NCBI RefSeq assembly: GCF_006345805.1
Contig: NC_043023.1
Coordinates: 2,914,001 to 2,978,000, forward strand
Length of the DNA stretch: 64,000 bases
Direction: 5' to 3'
Origin: Octopus sinensis
Lineage: Eukaryota
The translations under genes were made by a program, and so were the position numbers. The notes under the pieces were generated by a model. That model saw nothing but the letters and a program-made list of their open reading frames with translations. It searched no databases and was not told where the DNA came from. Below, in pieces: positions 60,425-64,000 of the stretch. Within the stretch, counting starts at the first letter, position 1; every line of letters starts with the position of its first letter.

Positions 60425-60755
60425 TATACTGTGCCAGTGGCACTGAAAATACATTTGAGCGAGGTCGTTGCCAGTGCCACTGGACTGGCTCCTGTGCAGG
60501 TGGCACATAAAAAACACCATTTGAGTGTGGCCGTTGCCAGTATCACCAAACTGGCCCTCGTGCCAGAGGCATGTAGAAGCACCCACAACACTCTAAGATT
60601 GGTTGGCACTAGGAAGGGCATCCAGCTGTAGAAACTCTGCCAGAATCAGATTGGAGCCTGGTGCAGTCATATGGTACCCACCACCCTCAGTCGAACCGTC
60701 CAACCCATGCTAGCATGGAAAGCAGATGTTAAATGATGATGATGATGATAATGAT
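60425..60755 (+). mobile_element. RTE-LINE 3' UTR
   Basis: Ends ccgtccaacccatgctagcatggaaagc..gatgatgat. Confidence 0.85.
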
Positions 60756-60774
60756 GACGTGTGTGTGTTTGTAT

Positions 60775-60995
60775 CTCTCTTTGTATCTGTGATTGTCCAC
60801 CCATCACTGCTTCACAACCAGTGTTGGTGTGTTTACATCCCCATAACTCAGTGGTTTAGTAAAAGAGAGTCATAGTACAAATCTTTAAAAAAAATATGTG
60901 CTGGAATCAATTTGGTCGACTAAAACTCTCTTCAAGGTGATGCCCCAGCATGGCCACAGTCTAATGACTGAAACATGTAAAACAAAGACTAAAGA
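60775..60995 (+). mobile_element. SINE-A 3' half, diverged
   Basis: Body and tail. Confidence 0.75.
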
Positions 60996-61339
60996 TAAAA
61001 AATATACACACACACACACACGGGCCTGTGTGTACGTGTGTGTGTTTGCGTGTGTTGTTAAGCCATTGTAAAGGGCAGCTCCACAATATTTTGAATGAAG
61101 AACGAAGTCCTTCTTCAGGGTACAGAAATTTTTGGTGGGTTCTTTCTAAATAAAGAAGGCAAGCATGAAAAGCTGAATAGAAAAATTGTCTTTCCCGAAG
61201 AACGGTGGCGCTGTGAAAACGGTGGAGAATTCCTTGCACAATGGAATAGCTACTTAAGTAATTTTACAGTTAAAGCAATATATATACATCTAGGTTTTTG
61301 CTGATGTAGCCTATTGCTAGATTTCTTTGTTTTGCTTTT

Positions 61340-61487
61340 ATTGATATAGAAATATGTATACATACATATATATATATATATATAGTGTGTGTATTATATA
61401 TAATATATATATTATATATACATACATGTATACATGTTTAAATACATACAGATACTATGTATACCCATACACATGTGTATATGTATG

Positions 61488-61529
<42 letters not shown>

Positions 61530-61799
61530 TTATATAGACAGAGAGAGAGAGAGATTGATAGATAAATATAGATATACATTATGAAAACTATACACTCACA
61601 CACACATGCGCATGTACAAATAATTTTTATATATACACATTTATATAACATTTATATAATATAATTACACACACACAGACATATATGAATATATACTAAT
61701 ATATATGAAATGTTATATATGATATGTGATATATAGTATATATATATATACATATATACATATATCCATGTGTGCATATATATATATATACATATATAC

Positions 61800-61830
<31 letters not shown>

Positions 61831-62600
61831 CATATATATATATATATTTATACATATATATATATTATATATATACATATATACATATATATATAACATA
61901 TATATATATAATATATTTATACATATATATATCATATATCCATGTGTGCATAATATATATAACACACACACACACATATATACACACACATACATGCACA
62001 ACCCAGACACACACACACACACACATATATCCACAAACAAACACACCCACAAACAGTTACACATACAAAAATACATAATTCATTAATAATTAAGCAAGGT
62101 TTTCAACATCCCTCCCCACCTCCCAATGCCACCCATATATATATATATACGACCCCTGTACCCCCCCTTCCACACACATCTATATCTGCATACAAAGTGA
62201 AACGTGCTAATACAAAGGCTCTCTCTATGAAAGAATGGAAATGCTGAGTGTTGTGTTCTGGACTTCTCTTTCATTTGAGGGGAGGGGCCATTGTTATGGC
62301 ACGTTTCATTTTGTATGGAGATGTTAGGGAGTCGGGTCAGAGGGTAGGGATTTGTTACACACACACACACACATGTATGTATGTATATATATATATATTT
62401 GTACGTATCTATATATGCATATATTTCTGTACATATGTGTGTGAATATGTGTGTGTATATTATATATATATATATATATATTTATATGTGCAAGTGTGTT
62501 TGTGTGTGTGCATATATATATATATATCTGAGTGTGTGTGTGTATATATCTATATATATATGCTCATGTCTGTGTATGTTTATATCTATATATATATAGG
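61340..62600. repeat. TA/CA microsatellite fields
   Basis: Direct. Confidence 0.85.
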
Positions 62601-62985
62601 CGCAGGAGTGGCCATGTGGTAAGTAGCTTGCTAACCAACCACATAGTTCTGGGTTCAGTCCCACTGCGTGGCATCTTAGGCAAGTGTCTTCTGCTATAGC
62701 CCCGGGCCGACCAATGCCTTGTGAGTGGATTTGGTAGACAGAAACTGTAAGAAGCCTGTCGTATATATGTATATATATGTATATGTATGTGTGTATATGT
62801 TTGTGTGTCTGTGTTTGTCCCACTAGCATCGCTTGACAACCAATGCTGGTGTGTTTACGTCCCTGTCACTTAGAGGTTCGGCAAAAGAGACCAATAGAAT
62901 AAGTCCCGGGGTCGATTTGCTCGACTAAAGGCGGTGCTCCAGCATGGCCGCAGTCAAATGACTGAAACAAGTAAAAGAGTAAAAG
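62597..62985 (+). mobile_element. SINE-A
   Basis: Consensus match. Confidence 0.9.
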
Positions 62986-62993
62986 ACAATATA

Positions 62994-63029
<36 letters not shown>

Positions 63030-63231
63030 CACATATATACATATCCATACATTCATATATACATGTATATACACACCGGGGTGTATGTATGTGTGTGTGT
63101 GTGTATTATATATATATATTATTATATAATATATATATACACATATATACATATCCATACATTCATATATACATGTATATACACACACGGGTGTATGTAT
63201 GTGTGTGTGTATATATATATATGTATATCAT

Positions 63232-63480
63232 CTTATGATTAGGATATTGCACTCCTGATTACAAGATTGTGGTTTCAATTCCCAGACCAGGTGATGCGTG
63301 GTCTTCTGGAGTAAAATGCTTTATTTCCTGCGTTTCTGCAATCAATTTGAAAACTGATGTTTAGCACGCTGGCACACCTGTACAGGTAACATAGATTTGA
63401 TGGAGAGAGTGAGCTTATATGCAACACAAACACTTGATCCCCAGGAACAAATCATTTCTGTGGTTGTTCAGCAATAAATT
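63232..63480 (+). mobile_element. tRNA-head SINE (F-like head, different tail)
   Basis: ttgcactc..gattgtggtttcaattcccagacc head. Confidence 0.55.
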
Positions 63481-63525
63481 GCAGAACCCTTATCTGTTGG
63501 TTAAGGATTGGAAAGTCCATAATAT

Positions 63526-63690
63526 ACTCTTTACTCTTTTACTTGTTTCAGTCATTTGACTGTAGCCATGCTGGAGCACCGACTTTAGCTGAGCAAATTG
63601 ACCCCAGGACTTATTCTTTGTAAACCCAGTACTTATTCTATTCATCTCTTTTGCCGAACCGCTAAGTTACGGGGACATAAACACACCATC
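63526..63690 (-). mobile_element. SINE-A 3' half
   Basis: Tail and body. Confidence 0.85.
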
Positions 63691-63800
63691 ACCCCACCCT
63701 GACACTGAACTAGCTTCACTGATTGATAGGTGATGGTCTCATTTAGAGAATGCATGGGCTAAGACTATGTACCTTCATTGGTCAGTTAAAGTTGAGACAG

Positions 63801-64000
63801 TGTCATGTGACAACTGGCTGGGGCTGCCTGCTGGAGCCTAGCAGCGGGTATTTAAAGGGAAGTTTGACAAGACAGTCAGTCGCCCGTTGACATTCGACGC
63901 TACATCGAAGGGACCAGGGAACAGAAGAAAGAAGGAGAAAGAAGACATGCACCCAACACCAGAGCTGAAGACACCTCCGAAAGAGGGAGCCCCGCCACAT
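63801..64000 (+). mobile_element. Possible LTR 5' end (runs off window)
   Basis: Abrupt GC-rich block starting TGTCA, TATTTAAA at 63849, cagtcagt ~24 bp downstream. Confidence 0.3.

Noticed and set aside
3508-62839. Recurrent ORFs such as MSSNARGTNTDTQ.., ..RRHLPKVPRSGTEPGTMWLVSKLL.. and ..FQSFDCGHAGAPPL..
   Set aside because: Chance translations of SINE-A copies; frames differ between copies.
35-63242. The many ORFs rich in YI/HT/CV/SL repeats
   Set aside because: Translations of (TA)n, (CA)n, (CT)n and (TATC)n microsatellites; no coding signal.
63960-64000. ctgaagacacctccgaaagagg as a hammerhead core
   Set aside because: GAAA lies in a hairpin loop rather than after stem II; topology does not fit.

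Overview
This is 64 kb of AT-rich, repeat-saturated animal DNA, most likely intronic or intergenic sequence from an octopus. That is an inference: the dominant tRNA-derived SINEs match repeats I recognise from Octopus genomes. No complete protein-coding gene is supportable, and nearly all ORFs in the track are microsatellite or SINE artefacts. Contents: about 35 copies or fragments of one ~400-450 bp SINE with an internal microsatellite (SINE-A); several other tRNA-head SINE families; 3' ends of RTE, CR1 and RLE-type LINEs; mariner remnants; piggyBac-like TTAA MITEs; Helitron/Helentron-like non-autonomous elements; several tandem repeats; and a 100-N gap. The most interesting signals are minimal type-I hammerhead ribozyme motifs in several Penelope-like terminal-repeat families. 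One family is fused to a Pol III tRNA-like head at three loci, with inverted segments that start at the predicted self-cleavage site. A 5.75-kb inverted-repeat structure built from degenerate C2H2 zinc-finger-like sequence is also notable. A few phase-compatible candidate exons are reported at low confidence. Coordinates were read by eye, and repeat boundaries are approximate to a few bases.
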